Source of the DNA: Thermodesulfobacteriota bacterium
Lineage (GTDB): Bacteria; Desulfobacterota; Binatia; Bin18
DNA: 64,000 bases
NCBI GenBank assembly: GCA_964291405.2
Contig: OZ219926.1
Coordinates: 4,831,697 to 4,895,696, forward strand
Reading direction: 5' to 3'
Shown here: piece after piece, positions 1 to 9,960 of the stretch
How positions within the stretch are numbered: the stretch's first letter is position 1
How the letters are laid out: each line of letters opens with the position of its first letter
Position numbers and translations under genes: made by a program
The notes under the pieces: generated by a model
Told to the model about the DNA's origin: nothing
Seen by the model: the letters and a program-made list of their open reading frames with translations, nothing else
The model's database searches: none

Positions 1-63
1 AATGGTTTCCCCGGCAATCGCGTACTCTTCTTGTAAGGCGTGCTTGTCTTGTGCGGTCTGCAT
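1..63 (-). CDS. 5' part of an unknown gene downstream of dmfA2, running off the window edge
   Basis: Minus strand reads GAGGGG (RBS) then ATG: MQTAQDKHALQEEYAIAGETI..., open to position 1; 15 bp after the dmfA2 stop. Confidence 0.5.
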   Translation of the reverse strand, partial: MQTAQDKHALQEEYAIAGETI

Positions 64-78
64 ATTATCCCCCTCTTG

Positions 79-2316
79 TCAGCGCACAAACGGTGCTGGA
101 TCGAGAAATCGCTTCAGCACGTTGTGCGTAATGCGCGAAACATTATTGTCGTAATGATTATGTGACAGACTGCCGGCCCAGGCAATCGAGCTTGACGACC
201 ACACCGCCCCGCCGTTGGGGGTTTCATAGAACACCATATCCGCCCGGACCAGTTCGTTTTCGGTCCCGCCCAGACCCGGTGTGGTGACCAGTAATTCCTC
301 GCACACCACCAAATAGATATCCGTGTGACCGCCCTGGGAGGTTGCCAGTACCAAGGTGTGCGGGGGGGTGCCTAAGCGCTCGTCCGCCCGGTCGATTTCC
401 AGACCCGCGGCCCCGCCGCCGATCAGCCCGAAATCTCCGATAACCTCGTCCTTGCCTACACCTTCAAAAATAAAGGCCGCCCGCGCATCAAAACTGCCCG
501 ACAGGCGGTGATACGGTGCCGAAATATCAAAACCCTGGGCGCTAAACCCCGTGCCCAGCATGACCTGGGGGGCTCGGCCCTGATTGCGCCACAGGCCGCC
601 GTATTCACCCGTGAAGCTGTGGTAGTACTCGCCCGGATCGGCGGCCCAGGTCCGAATACCGCCCTCATTCCGACGCACTTCCATGAGACCGGGACAGTCG
701 GGATGAAAGGCCACCCGCCAATACCAGCCGTTGGCGCCCATATACATGAGCCGCCCGCCCTGATTTTGATAGGCTTTCATCGCTTCCCACATCTGGAGGG
801 AGTGGTACTCCGGGTGGGTGCCGGACAGAATCACCCGGTAGGGCTTCAGCAGGGCGAGCCCCTCATAGTGCAAATCTTCATCGGTAATGACATCAAAGTC
901 ATAATCTTGGGCCTCAAGCCAGTCGGTAATATGGGTGTCCGCATTAAACTGCCACAAGGATGAGCCGTCCCCGCCCAGCGCGGATATATGCTTGGGCCGC
1001 ATATTCAGAATGGGCCGCAGGCGGGACGAATAACACACACCTGAGCCGTCGGAGTGGGAGTCATAGCACGAGCCGCCGTATTCGCGGTGTTCGTTGAGGA
1101 ACAGACTGTTCTTGTCGAACGGAGCCAGGCGACCGCTGAGTAGCTCCATCATACCGGCGTTGGTGGCCATATGTTCGTTGGCATAGGCCATATAGCTGGC
1201 GGTGGGGAGCAGAAAGGCCAGCTTTTTTTCTTTGCCTTTGGCTGGCTTGACGACAAAGGGAACATAATCCTCCTCGGTTCCCGAACGCAGCCGGGCGGCG
1301 TACAGGCCGCTTTTGAGGTCCGCCGGAACGGTCAGCGAAAAATCGACCTCCCAGCCGGCGTCGTACACATCGTCATCGTGGAAATGGATCGCCCCGTACT
1401 GTTCCGGCGTCTGTTTCCAGTCCATGCTCTCGCCGCTCCAGTTATAACCCTTCATACCTCGCGCCGGCATGTTGACGGTCTCGCCGTGCAGCCGATTAGG
1501 CGACGTGTCGGTCACTCGGGTCGAACTGATACCCTGGGAAAAATCCCAGGCACCGACCACGCTCTGCTGGAGTTGGGCGGGGACGCCGCGCTTGAGTTGT
1601 TCCATCTCGGCCCGCTCCAGGACGCGGTTGGCCAGACGCGGGCTGTCTATCTTGCCGTTGAACTTCTGGTCGAGCCTGCTGCGACCCGAACCCGTCCGCA
1701 GTGCGCCGAACATCAGGGCAGACTGATTAGAGCCCACGCGTTCGAGTTTGATCTTCTTCCGGACGCGGCCCGCGTCCGAGACCGTGGGATAATCGGTCTG
1801 GGGTTCTTGATACAATGTGACCCGCCGGGTCTCCGCGTCATAGCTCGCCGCCACAAAATACCACTGCCGGGCGAGGAGTTGTTTGTTGGTGCTTACGACT
1901 TCGACGTTGCCGCGTCCGTCGCCCAATTGCAGGGCCAGCCGCCCGGCCTGGATCACCAGCGCAAAGCCCGAACGCCGCCGGTCCTGCCACTTCGACACAA
2001 TGGCCTGGCTACCCTTGTCCGGTGTAGTCGGCCACAGCATGGCCTGGACGGTAAAGCTCTTGAGGTTTTGCAGCGGCGGGCTGTTCGAGATCAGCACATA
2101 CGAGCCAGATTCGATCGTCTGGGAGCGGCCCTTATACGATTTATTAGCCGGTGTTGGCACGACGTGTTCCCTGATCCCCGGACCCTCGGGATTCAGGTCG
2201 CCGCAGACCAGACGAACGATGTCGGCCCGGTAGCGGGGTCGTTCGCAGTTCACCATGAACTGAAGCGTTTCGCCGGGACGCGCGCTGATTTTGTCGGCGT
2301 AACCAGTAATTTTCAT
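79..2316 (-). CDS. dmfA2: N,N-dimethylformamidase large (beta) subunit
   Basis: 745 aa; N-terminal MKITGYADKISARPGE, LamG-like segment, YGAIHFHDDD, SYMAYANEH, GSCYDSHSDGSG, THPEYHS, GANGWYW, NNVSRITHNVL: the DMFase beta-subunit motif series. Confidence 0.92.
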   Translation of the reverse strand: MKITGYADKISARPGETLQFMVNCERPRYRADIVRLVCGDLNPEGPGIREHVVPTPANKSYKGRSQTIESGSYVLISNSPPLQNLKSFTVQAMLWPTTPDKGSQAIVSKWQDRRRSGFALVIQAGRLALQLGDGRGNVEVVSTNKQLLARQWYFVAASYDAETRRVTLYQEPQTDYPTVSDAGRVRKKIKLERVGSNQSALMFGALRTGSGRSRLDQKFNGKIDSPRLANRVLERAEMEQLKRGVPAQLQQSVVGAWDFSQGISSTRVTDTSPNRLHGETVNMPARGMKGYNWSGESMDWKQTPEQYGAIHFHDDDVYDAGWEVDFSLTVPADLKSGLYAARLRSGTEEDYVPFVVKPAKGKEKKLAFLLPTASYMAYANEHMATNAGMMELLSGRLAPFDKNSLFLNEHREYGGSCYDSHSDGSGVCYSSRLRPILNMRPKHISALGGDGSSLWQFNADTHITDWLEAQDYDFDVITDEDLHYEGLALLKPYRVILSGTHPEYHSLQMWEAMKAYQNQGGRLMYMGANGWYWRVAFHPDCPGLMEVRRNEGGIRTWAADPGEYYHSFTGEYGGLWRNQGRAPQVMLGTGFSAQGFDISAPYHRLSGSFDARAAFIFEGVGKDEVIGDFGLIGGGAAGLEIDRADERLGTPPHTLVLATSQGGHTDIYLVVCEELLVTTPGLGGTENELVRADMVFYETPNGGAVWSSSSIAWAGSLSHNHYDNNVSRITHNVLKRFLDPAPFVR

Positions 2317-2348
2317 ACGTCTTCCCTTTGCTTATGCGTTTTCCTCGC

Positions 2349-2654
2349 TCAGCTCTTCACGCCGGTATGCAGTTCCCAGCGGCGCCGAAATATCTCTCGC
2401 TCCGCATCCGCAACCGAGGTGAAGACCTGGTCCTTGAACATTCTGACCGGCTTGCCCCGTTCACCAGTGAGCTGACCGAGCGTCCACTCTTTATGGGGTT
2501 TGGTGCAGATGAGCACGTATTTATCCCGAACCGGTTGGCCGCGAATAACGTTCAGCACGCGCTGTAAAGCGGGACTATGGTGGCCAATCGGCTTGGCGTT
2601 GAATTCCTCGACCACGTCCTGGTCGTCCGCACTGATCTTATAGACCGTATGCAT
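2349..2654 (-). CDS. dmfA1: N,N-dimethylformamidase small (alpha) subunit
   Basis: 101 aa with EF..KPIGHHSPALQRVLN..R and AEREIFRRRW motifs; directly upstream of the large subunit. Confidence 0.85.
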   Translation of the reverse strand: MHTVYKISADDQDVVEEFNAKPIGHHSPALQRVLNVIRGQPVRDKYVLICTKPHKEWTLGQLTGERGKPVRMFKDQVFTSVADAEREIFRRRWELHTGVKS

Positions 2655-2795
2655 GCGCCCCCTCCTTTGGCTGGCAGGTCAATCCAGACGGAGACTAGCA
2701 CACCGCTCTGTCACAAGTCGAGAATTGCGGAGCACCCTAGACCCTACTGCCCGCATTTGAAAGGATACGACACCCGAAAGTGTCAGGAGGAAGGC

Positions 2796-3890
2796 ATGAG
2801 AGCGGCCGTCTTATACGAGGTTGATACTCCCCTCAAAGTTGAAGACGTTGATCTGGACAGCCCCAAGAGCGGGGAGGTCAGGGTCAGGATTGTGGCCAAT
2901 GGGGTGTGCCATAGCGACTACTCGATTATCCATGGGGTCTTGCGCAGTCCGCTGCCCATGGTCCCCGGCCATGAGGGCGCGGGCATTGTCGAAGAGGTCG
3001 GACCGAACGTCTCCCTGGTCAAGCCGGGTGACCATGTCGTTCTGTCTCTCGCCCCGTATTGCGGCCACTGTTACTACTGCGCCATCGGTAAGCAGAATCT
3101 GTGCGTCAATATGTTTCAGACCATGGTGAAGGCGGCGATGGTTGACGGGACGTGCCGCCTCAAGAAGAACGGCAAGGACATTCACCATATGGCCGGCATC
3201 TCCAGCTTTGCCGAGCAGGCCGTGGTCGCCGAACAGGCCTGTATCAAGGTGCCGGACGAGGTGCCGCTCGATGTGGTGTGTCTGATCGGCTGTGGCGTCA
3301 TGACGGGTGTGGGTGCGGCCATGAATACGGCTCAGGTCGAGCCGGGCAGCAGCGCGGTGGTGATCGGCTGCGGCGGCGTCGGGCTCAACGTCATCCAGGG
3401 CTGTGTGCTCGCCGGTGCCAGCACGATTATCGGGGTGGATTTACTCGATAACAAATTGGACTACGCCCTCCAGTTCGGTGCTACCCATACCATCAACCCG
3501 GAAAAGGAAGAACTCGTTCGGTCGGTGCGTAAGCTGACCGGAGGCCGGGGCGCGGATTACGCCTTTGAGGTCATCGGCCTGTCCCGCACGGTCGAGCAAG
3601 CCTACGCCTGCACCCGTCAGGCTGGAACGACGATTGTGGTCGGAGCCGGGTCGCGGCGAGACACGGTCTCCATTCCGATGGGGAGCTTTTTGACCGAGAA
3701 GATTATTAAGGGCTCGGGCTATGGCTCGGCCCGTCCCCACCTGGACATGCCCCGACTGGTCGAGCATTACCGGAACGGTCGCCTCAAACTGGACGAAATG
3801 ATTACCCGGACCTATGCGCTGGAGGAGGTGAACGAGGCCATGACCGCGTTGGAAAAGGGCGAAGTGGCGCGCAGCGTCGTGGTCATGTAA
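2796..3890 (+). CDS. Zn-dependent alcohol dehydrogenase (class III / formaldehyde dehydrogenase-like)
   Basis: GVCHSD, GHEGAG, structural-Zn CGHCYYC..C, GCGGVG NAD site; RBS AGGAGG before ATG 2796. Confidence 0.88.
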   Translation: MRAAVLYEVDTPLKVEDVDLDSPKSGEVRVRIVANGVCHSDYSIIHGVLRSPLPMVPGHEGAGIVEEVGPNVSLVKPGDHVVLSLAPYCGHCYYCAIGKQNLCVNMFQTMVKAAMVDGTCRLKKNGKDIHHMAGISSFAEQAVVAEQACIKVPDEVPLDVVCLIGCGVMTGVGAAMNTAQVEPGSSAVVIGCGGVGLNVIQGCVLAGASTIIGVDLLDNKLDYALQFGATHTINPEKEELVRSVRKLTGGRGADYAFEVIGLSRTVEQAYACTRQAGTTIVVGAGSRRDTVSIPMGSFLTEKIIKGSGYGSARPHLDMPRLVEHYRNGRLKLDEMITRTYALEEVNEAMTALEKGEVARSVVVM

Positions 3891-3931
3891 GACACTTATT
3901 CTAGTCTAGCATTTCAGAGGAGACTTCAAGC

Positions 3932-6280
3932 ATGAGTGCAGTGCAGGTTGATCCATCCATTTCCAAGCTTCCGATTGAAACCAATGCCAAGGACCAGGCG
4001 ACCGTCTGTGTGCTGTGCAGTCACAACTGTGGCCTGACGGTTGATATCAACGAGGGGCATATCGAAAACATCCGGGCCGATGCCTCCAACCCGATCTCGC
4101 ACGGCTATATCTGTAACAAAGGCTTCAGCGTTGACCATTATGTCAACCATGCCCAGCGGCTCAGCCATCCGCTCAAGCGCAAGCCGGACGGTGGGTTTGA
4201 ACAGATCGGTTGGGACCAGGCGATCGCCGAAATATCCGAGCGGCTCACTATGATTATTGCTCAGCATTCCCCGCGTGCCTGTGGCCTGGTTGGCATTGGC
4301 GGCCAGGCCAACCATCTGGACGCGCCATACGGCGTTACCTTTCTCTCCCTGATGAAATCCCGCCGCTTCTTTAACTCGCTGGCCCAGGAGAAGAGCCAGC
4401 ACTGGCTGGTCGAAAAATGGATGCTGGACAGCTCGTCCGGCACCACGCTGCATCCCGACCACGACCACGCCGACTTTCTGCTGGTCATGGGCACCAACCC
4501 GCACATCAGCAATCGCGGTCATAATCCCACCGACGCCCTGAAAAGTCTGGCCCGCAACGAAAACCGGACCATGGTGGTGGTGGACCCGCGCATTACCGAA
4601 ACCAGCCGTCAGGCCGACCGTCACCTCAGGGTCCGGCCCGGCACGGACGTCTATCTGCTCCTGGCCATGCTTAAGGTCATTGTCGAACAGGACCTCGGAG
4701 ACGCCGAGTTTATCGCTAATAAAACGCTCGGCTACCAGGAACTCAAAGCCCAACTGGCGGATGTAGACATCGCCGACATGGCCCAGCGCTGCGGCCTTGA
4801 AGTCGCTGACGTCGTGGCCACGGCCACCGAATACGCCAGCGCCAAGAGCGCCGCGCTATTGTGGGACCTCGGGGTGGAGATGACGCTGTTCTCAACCCTG
4901 AACTCCTATCTGATTCATCTGCTGATTGCCCTGACCGGCAATATGGGTCGCCGGGGAGGTAATGTCTTCACCTCGAATTTGAACCCGCCAACGCCGGACA
5001 ATCGGCGTCACGCCGAGCCTGAGCGCGCCCTGGCTTCCGGCATTAGTGCGGTCTCGGCCCTGACCCGGCTGGGCATCTTCTCGCCGGTGCTGGTGCCCGA
5101 AGAAATCCAGCACGACCATCCTGAACGGCTACGAGCGCTGATCGTGGAAGGCTCCAACCCACTCTTATCTTTTCCCGATACGCAGCGCTGGCTGGAGGCG
5201 CGTGAACAACTCGATTTGCTGGTCGTGATCGAACCGACCATGACCGAGACGGCCCTGGTGGCCGACTATATTCTGCCGACCCCAACCGGTTACGAAAAAT
5301 GGGAGATGGCCAGTTTTCCGCGCGGCTATCCGCGCGTCCAGACGCAGTTGCGCCCGCCCATCCTGCCCGCGCCGGGCGAAGCCCTGCCCGAAGGCGAAAT
5401 CTATAATCGGCTGGCCGAGGCCATGGGCCTGGTTCCCGAGCCGCCCCAGGAACTCTACGATCTGGCGAAAGACGCGCATCAACCCGCAGGGGCCGCGGCC
5501 TATCTGAAGGCGCTTCAGACCGCAGCAAAGGCCGCGAAGTTCTCGGCTCCCCTCTACTGGGCTTACCGCACCCTGGGTCCCCAGCTCGATTCGCCGGTTC
5601 TCTCCAGCGTCTGGTTCCAGGCCGTGATGAACGGGGTTATCCGCAAGGACGCGGTCGTGCGCGTCCTTGGGCCGGAATGGCAGGACAAGGATACCTTTGA
5701 AGTCGGTATCGAGCTGTTCCGGCGTCTGCTGGCCCATCCCGAGGGGATCGAGGTGGCCGAGCTTGACATGGACGCCAACCTTGACGAACGGATCGGTTTT
5801 GAGGACGGAAAAATCCGTCTCATGCCCGAAGAAATCGTAGCTGAGTTGGGCCGTGCCGTCTCAACCAGACCGGCCGAAGACCCGGACTATCCCTTTGTGC
5901 TGGCCTCCGGCCTGCGCACCCGCTGGACCGCCAACACCATTCAGCGCGACCCGAGCTGGCGCAAGGGTCGCGGCCCGCACTGCGCCTTGAACCTCTCTCC
6001 CGGAGATGCCCAACGCATGGGGGTGATCGACGGCGACACGGTTCGGCTGCGCACCCGACGGGGACAGGTCGAGCTGCCGGCCGTTGTGGACAAAAAGCTG
6101 ATGGAGGGCCATGTCTGGATGCCGAACGGTTTCGGCATGATCTACCCGACGGAGGGCAATGGCGCGAACGCGGACCTGAACGGCGTCAATATGAACGCCT
6201 ACACGGATACGGCCGCCCGCGACCCCTTTACCGGCTGCCCCTATCACCGCTTCGTGCCGTGTCAGATTGAACGCGTGTAA
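3932..6280 (+). CDS. Molybdopterin-dependent oxidoreductase (DMSO reductase superfamily)
   Basis: CVLCSHNCG..C 4Fe-4S motif, GTNP, VVVDPR, MTETALVADYILP, C-terminal molybdopterin-dinucleotide binding domain. Confidence 0.88.
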   Translation: MSAVQVDPSISKLPIETNAKDQATVCVLCSHNCGLTVDINEGHIENIRADASNPISHGYICNKGFSVDHYVNHAQRLSHPLKRKPDGGFEQIGWDQAIAEISERLTMIIAQHSPRACGLVGIGGQANHLDAPYGVTFLSLMKSRRFFNSLAQEKSQHWLVEKWMLDSSSGTTLHPDHDHADFLLVMGTNPHISNRGHNPTDALKSLARNENRTMVVVDPRITETSRQADRHLRVRPGTDVYLLLAMLKVIVEQDLGDAEFIANKTLGYQELKAQLADVDIADMAQRCGLEVADVVATATEYASAKSAALLWDLGVEMTLFSTLNSYLIHLLIALTGNMGRRGGNVFTSNLNPPTPDNRRHAEPERALASGISAVSALTRLGIFSPVLVPEEIQHDHPERLRALIVEGSNPLLSFPDTQRWLEAREQLDLLVVIEPTMTETALVADYILPTPTGYEKWEMASFPRGYPRVQTQLRPPILPAPGEALPEGEIYNRLAEAMGLVPEPPQELYDLAKDAHQPAGAAAYLKALQTAAKAAKFSAPLYWAYRTLGPQLDSPVLSSVWFQAVMNGVIRKDAVVRVLGPEWQDKDTFEVGIELFRRLLAHPEGIEVAELDMDANLDERIGFEDGKIRLMPEEIVAELGRAVSTRPAEDPDYPFVLASGLRTRWTANTIQRDPSWRKGRGPHCALNLSPGDAQRMGVIDGDTVRLRTRRGQVELPAVVDKKLMEGHVWMPNGFGMIYPTEGNGANADLNGVNMNAYTDTAARDPFTGCPYHRFVPCQIERV

Positions 6281-6328
6281 GATTCGGCACAAGAGCCCAT
6301 ATTATCCACAGATGAATGGGAGGTCCTT

Positions 6329-6712
6329 ATGGCTATACAAGCTGAGACCCGGCCGCCGGTTGCCATCGGTCATGCCACGCTGCGGGTGACCGATCTCACA
6401 CGGGCAACCGAGTATTTTGTCTCATTGGGGATGCGCTTTATTCATCAATCGGACACGATTGCCGTGCTGGAATTGCGGGGTGGCACGCACGTCGTGTTGC
6501 GCCCCACCGACGACCCCATCCCTCCTCGGACAAAAGCTCCTTTTGATCTGATGGTCGATGATGTCGAGGCGACCAGACAAGCGTATATGGATATGGGCCT
6601 ACAGCCGTCAGAAATCGAATCGGGCACTGTCCATCGCTGGTTTACGCTCGTTGGGCCGGACACTTACGAGTTGACCATCACTTCATCGCACGCGGGAAAA
6701 CGGGCGGTGTAA
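6329..6712 (+). CDS. VOC/glyoxalase family protein
   Basis: IGHATLRVTDL, FDLMVDDVEA, F...GPD VOC pattern. Confidence 0.75.
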   Translation: MAIQAETRPPVAIGHATLRVTDLTRATEYFVSLGMRFIHQSDTIAVLELRGGTHVVLRPTDDPIPPRTKAPFDLMVDDVEATRQAYMDMGLQPSEIESGTVHRWFTLVGPDTYELTITSSHAGKRAV

Positions 6713-6738
6713 ATCAAGCCTGACGATGGAGAGGACCC

Positions 6739-7710
6739 ATGCAGCAGCGTGTCCTGGGCAAAACCGGCTTTTCCGTCTCGGCCATCACCTTGGGTGGGGG
6801 CGGGATTGGGATGGTATGGGGGGCAACGACCGAAGACGAGTGCATCGAGACGGTCAAGTACGCCGTGGCCAGCGGGATCAATATCATTGATGTTGCTCCC
6901 GTGTACGGAAAGGGGAAGGCCGAGGAGGTCGTTGGAACGGCCTGGCCCGACCTGGCCACCAAGCCGCTGCTTGCAACCAAAGTCTTGATTCGTCCCCGTG
7001 AGCGGAGCGATCTGTCCGGAGCCATTCGACGCTCTCTGGAGGGCAGCCTCACCCGTTTAGGGCGCGAACAGATCGACATATTCCAACTGCACAACCAGAT
7101 TGAACCCCGGGAGCCGGTCTCTCCGCTGCGACTGACCTTGCAAGAGGTGGTTGGAACCGGTGGGGTGCTTGAGACCATGCAGCGGCTCAAGGAAGAAGGT
7201 CTTGTCCGAGAGATCGGGTTTACCGGTATTGCGCGCCACGATGTGGTGAGGGAACTCTTTACCGATGGTCGGCTGGCGACGGTTCAACTCGTGACCAATA
7301 TCCTCAATTCAGAAGGAGAGATGGGGGTCGCAGAGGATGGGACATACCGAGATCATCTGGAAATGGTCGCCCTGGCGCGGTCCGCGCAGTGCGGCATATT
7401 TGGCATCCGGCCCTTTGCGGCCGGTTCTCTGACCGAGGCCGTTGATCGCTCGCTCCCTGCGGATCATCCCGTGGCCGTAGACTTCGCTTTCGGGCAGCGG
7501 CATTTAGGCTTTCTGACTGCCGCGACCGGCTCTTCCCTTGCCGTCGTAGCCATGCGCTACGCGTTAAGTTTACCTGGGGTGAGTACGGTCGTCACCGGAG
7601 CCAAGAACCGGGCCGAACTCGATGACGCGATAGTCGCCGCACAAGCAGGGCCACTCCCGTCCGCTCTCATGAAACGCATTGCGACCCTCCAACAGACCCG
7701 CACGCCGTAA
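6739..7710 (+). CDS. Aldo/keto reductase
   Basis: LGKTGFSVSAITLGG, IDVAPVYG.G.AEE, SLTRLG..IDIFQLH. Confidence 0.9.
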   Translation: MQQRVLGKTGFSVSAITLGGGGIGMVWGATTEDECIETVKYAVASGINIIDVAPVYGKGKAEEVVGTAWPDLATKPLLATKVLIRPRERSDLSGAIRRSLEGSLTRLGREQIDIFQLHNQIEPREPVSPLRLTLQEVVGTGGVLETMQRLKEEGLVREIGFTGIARHDVVRELFTDGRLATVQLVTNILNSEGEMGVAEDGTYRDHLEMVALARSAQCGIFGIRPFAAGSLTEAVDRSLPADHPVAVDFAFGQRHLGFLTAATGSSLAVVAMRYALSLPGVSTVVTGAKNRAELDDAIVAAQAGPLPSALMKRIATLQQTRTP

Positions 7711-7730
7711 GAGAAAGGGGCCTCGTACTC

Positions 7731-8225
7731 ATGAGCACCACGCACTCTGACGACCTGCCTAGCATTGCCGGCGTGCTCGCCCCGGTTGTGGCCCGCTTTT
7801 CGCGCCAACAGCAGAAACTTCTCATTGCCTGGGCCGAACGCCAGGCCGCCGAGAGGTATCAAAGCTGGGCCGAACAGGTCGGCGGTGCGGAGCGTGCCGG
7901 CTTCCTCGGGTGTGCCGCGCGGGAGGAAGATATTGCGACCCGGATTGAAGCCCTCGACCCGGACGCAGCCGCCATCCAGCAGCAACTCCTGGCCGAGCTG
8001 CCCGACCTGGAGGCCCAAGTCCTGGAGGTCTATGCCGACCGCTCGCTCGAAGAGCAGTGGGAGATCCAGCGCCGGGGCGAGCGGGCCGGGAAAAAAACCT
8101 GGGAGGCTTTCGCCGCCGCGGAGGGTGATCCGCGGACCCATGCCGTGCTGCTGGCCTGCGCCGCGCTGGAAGACGAAAACGCGAGTTTTCTGCGTAGCGT
8201 CTTAGAGAAGCGGGGAGGGTGGTAG
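7731..8225 (+). CDS. Hypothetical ferritin-like four-helix protein
   Basis: Helical pattern AER.AA..Y / EEDIA / GER.G / EDENA; weak. Confidence 0.45.
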   Translation: MSTTHSDDLPSIAGVLAPVVARFSRQQQKLLIAWAERQAAERYQSWAEQVGGAERAGFLGCAAREEDIATRIEALDPDAAAIQQQLLAELPDLEAQVLEVYADRSLEEQWEIQRRGERAGKKTWEAFAAAEGDPRTHAVLLACAALEDENASFLRSVLEKRGGW

Positions 8226-8228
8226 GAC

Positions 8229-8996
8229 CTAGTCCCGCTCTATATCAACCTCGTCCGCATGAAAGTGCGGCATGTCCAGAACGCCGCGCTCTTTGATAAA
8301 ATCCCAAAAGGTATCCGGGTGCTTCTGCATGCCCTCATAGTAGTGGTCCAGCGGCTGGGTATACTCGTAGAGACGCCGCAGTTGGCTCACCGCATGCGGA
8401 TGGTAGTCCACTCGCAGGTCAACCTTGGGATACGGATTTTTCCCGTCGGCCACAAAAACGGCGCATGACAGCTCGCCCCAGTGCTTGCCCGTTCTGACAT
8501 CGCCCTGTCCACCCGCATCCCGGCCCGCCTCAAGGGCGCGGACAATCCGCTCGCCCAAAGGCTGACCCGCACTCTCTCGCATCGAGGCGGCCATGCCCTC
8601 AACGGTCTTGCTGCTGGCCAGGGCATTCCCGGACACGGCCCACTGGCCCTCCACAATATGGCCGGCGTACTCAAACGCCTTGTCGCCGGTATGCACCCAA
8701 AGGTCGCCGGCGACGGTGAGCACACTATACTGGCGGTAGCTGAAATACGGGTCCGTTTTCGGCAGCTCTGCCTTGAGTTGTTCCAGGCCATAGCCCTGCT
8801 CAAGCAGCCGAAACGTGTCATACGCCAACTGCCGATTGGCATATGAATGGGGCAGGACTACGGCTCCGCTCTCCTGGAAGGTCGGCAGCAGGCCGCTGAC
8901 GACCGGGCTCACACGACCGACATTGACCGAAAAGGTTGTCAGTCCGGCTCCGATGGCTCCGGTTTCCGGGCATTTCCCGATAACGGCAAAGGTCAT
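8229..8996 (-). CDS. DUF1028 family Ntn-hydrolase-like protein
   Basis: N-terminal MTF..I..C.ETG..G, HTG, GN.L, ALEAG..AGG, DLRVD.H. Confidence 0.8.
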   Translation of the reverse strand: MTFAVIGKCPETGAIGAGLTTFSVNVGRVSPVVSGLLPTFQESGAVVLPHSYANRQLAYDTFRLLEQGYGLEQLKAELPKTDPYFSYRQYSVLTVAGDLWVHTGDKAFEYAGHIVEGQWAVSGNALASSKTVEGMAASMRESAGQPLGERIVRALEAGRDAGGQGDVRTGKHWGELSCAVFVADGKNPYPKVDLRVDYHPHAVSQLRRLYEYTQPLDHYYEGMQKHPDTFWDFIKERGVLDMPHFHADEVDIERD

Positions 8997-9155
8997 ATCT
9001 GTCTCCTCTCGCTCTTCTCGATCAGGTGATTAAGGGTGGCTCGCCGACCGATCCTAGTCCTTTTTTTTATGCGGTAACAGAGATGTCTTCTTCATTGCCG
9101 GGGGAGGCTGTGCTACAGCTCTCACCATACAGACGGACTCTGGAGGGGGGCGGTC

Positions 9156-9896
9156 ATGACTCGGAAGACTCCGCGGCTACTCGTCTTTCAACATCTCAAC
9201 GTCGAACATCCCGGTGTCTTCCGGGATTTCATGCGGGAAGACGGCATTGAATGGCAGGCGGTCGAACTCGACCGGGGTGAGCCTATCCCCGACTTAAGTG
9301 ACTATGACGGGCTGTGGGTGATGGGTGGGCCCATGGATGTCTGGGAAGAGGAGCAATACCCCTGGCTGAAGGCGGAGAAAGCAGCTATCCGCGAGGCCGT
9401 CGTAGACCGGCAGATGCCTTTTCTGGGAGTCTGTCTCGGCCATCAACTGCTGGCGGATGCGCTTGGCGGTCGGGTGGGGCCGGCTGCTGCCCCGGAGGTT
9501 GGCATATATGAAGTCGAGAAAACCGCGGCCGGCGAAAAGAGTCCGTTTCTGCTGGGTCTGCCCGGCACGATGAAATGCCTCCAGTGGCACGCCGCCGAAG
9601 TGCAGCAGCCCCCTGACGGTGGATCCATCTTGGCGACGAATGCCGCGTGTGCCATCCAGAGCCTGTCGTTTGGCGAAAAGGCGCTCAGCACCCAGTATCA
9701 TACGGAAATATCTGCCGTGACGGTCGCCGAATGGGCCAGTATTCCTACCTATCGCGCCGCGCTGGAAAAAATACTCGGCCCTGATGCGCTCTCTCGGTTT
9801 GAAGCCGAGACCAATCAACATCTCACGCTCCTGAGCCAATCCGCCCGTCGCCTGTTTGACAACTGGAAAATGATCGCGTTTGGGGCGTTCGAGTAA
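9156..9896 (+). CDS. Type 1 glutamine amidotransferase (gamma-glutamyl hydrolase-like)
   Basis: GGPMDV, LGVCLGHQLLA (catalytic Cys), QWH, QYHTE (His-x-Glu). Confidence 0.88.
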   Translation: MTRKTPRLLVFQHLNVEHPGVFRDFMREDGIEWQAVELDRGEPIPDLSDYDGLWVMGGPMDVWEEEQYPWLKAEKAAIREAVVDRQMPFLGVCLGHQLLADALGGRVGPAAAPEVGIYEVEKTAAGEKSPFLLGLPGTMKCLQWHAAEVQQPPDGGSILATNAACAIQSLSFGEKALSTQYHTEISAVTVAEWASIPTYRAALEKILGPDALSRFEAETNQHLTLLSQSARRLFDNWKMIAFGAFE

Positions 9897-9960
9897 GGTG
9901 GCGAGGTGAAGCCGCCCTTCGGTGCACTGTTTTATAGGGACGCGTGAAAGGAGACCGGAT

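Noticed and set aside
1171-2475. 434-aa plus-strand ORF and other long antisense ORFs (47475-48662, 54393-55430, 57537-58421, 58561-59421)
   Set aside because: Shadow ORFs opposite well-supported genes in GC-rich DNA, with no recognisable motifs
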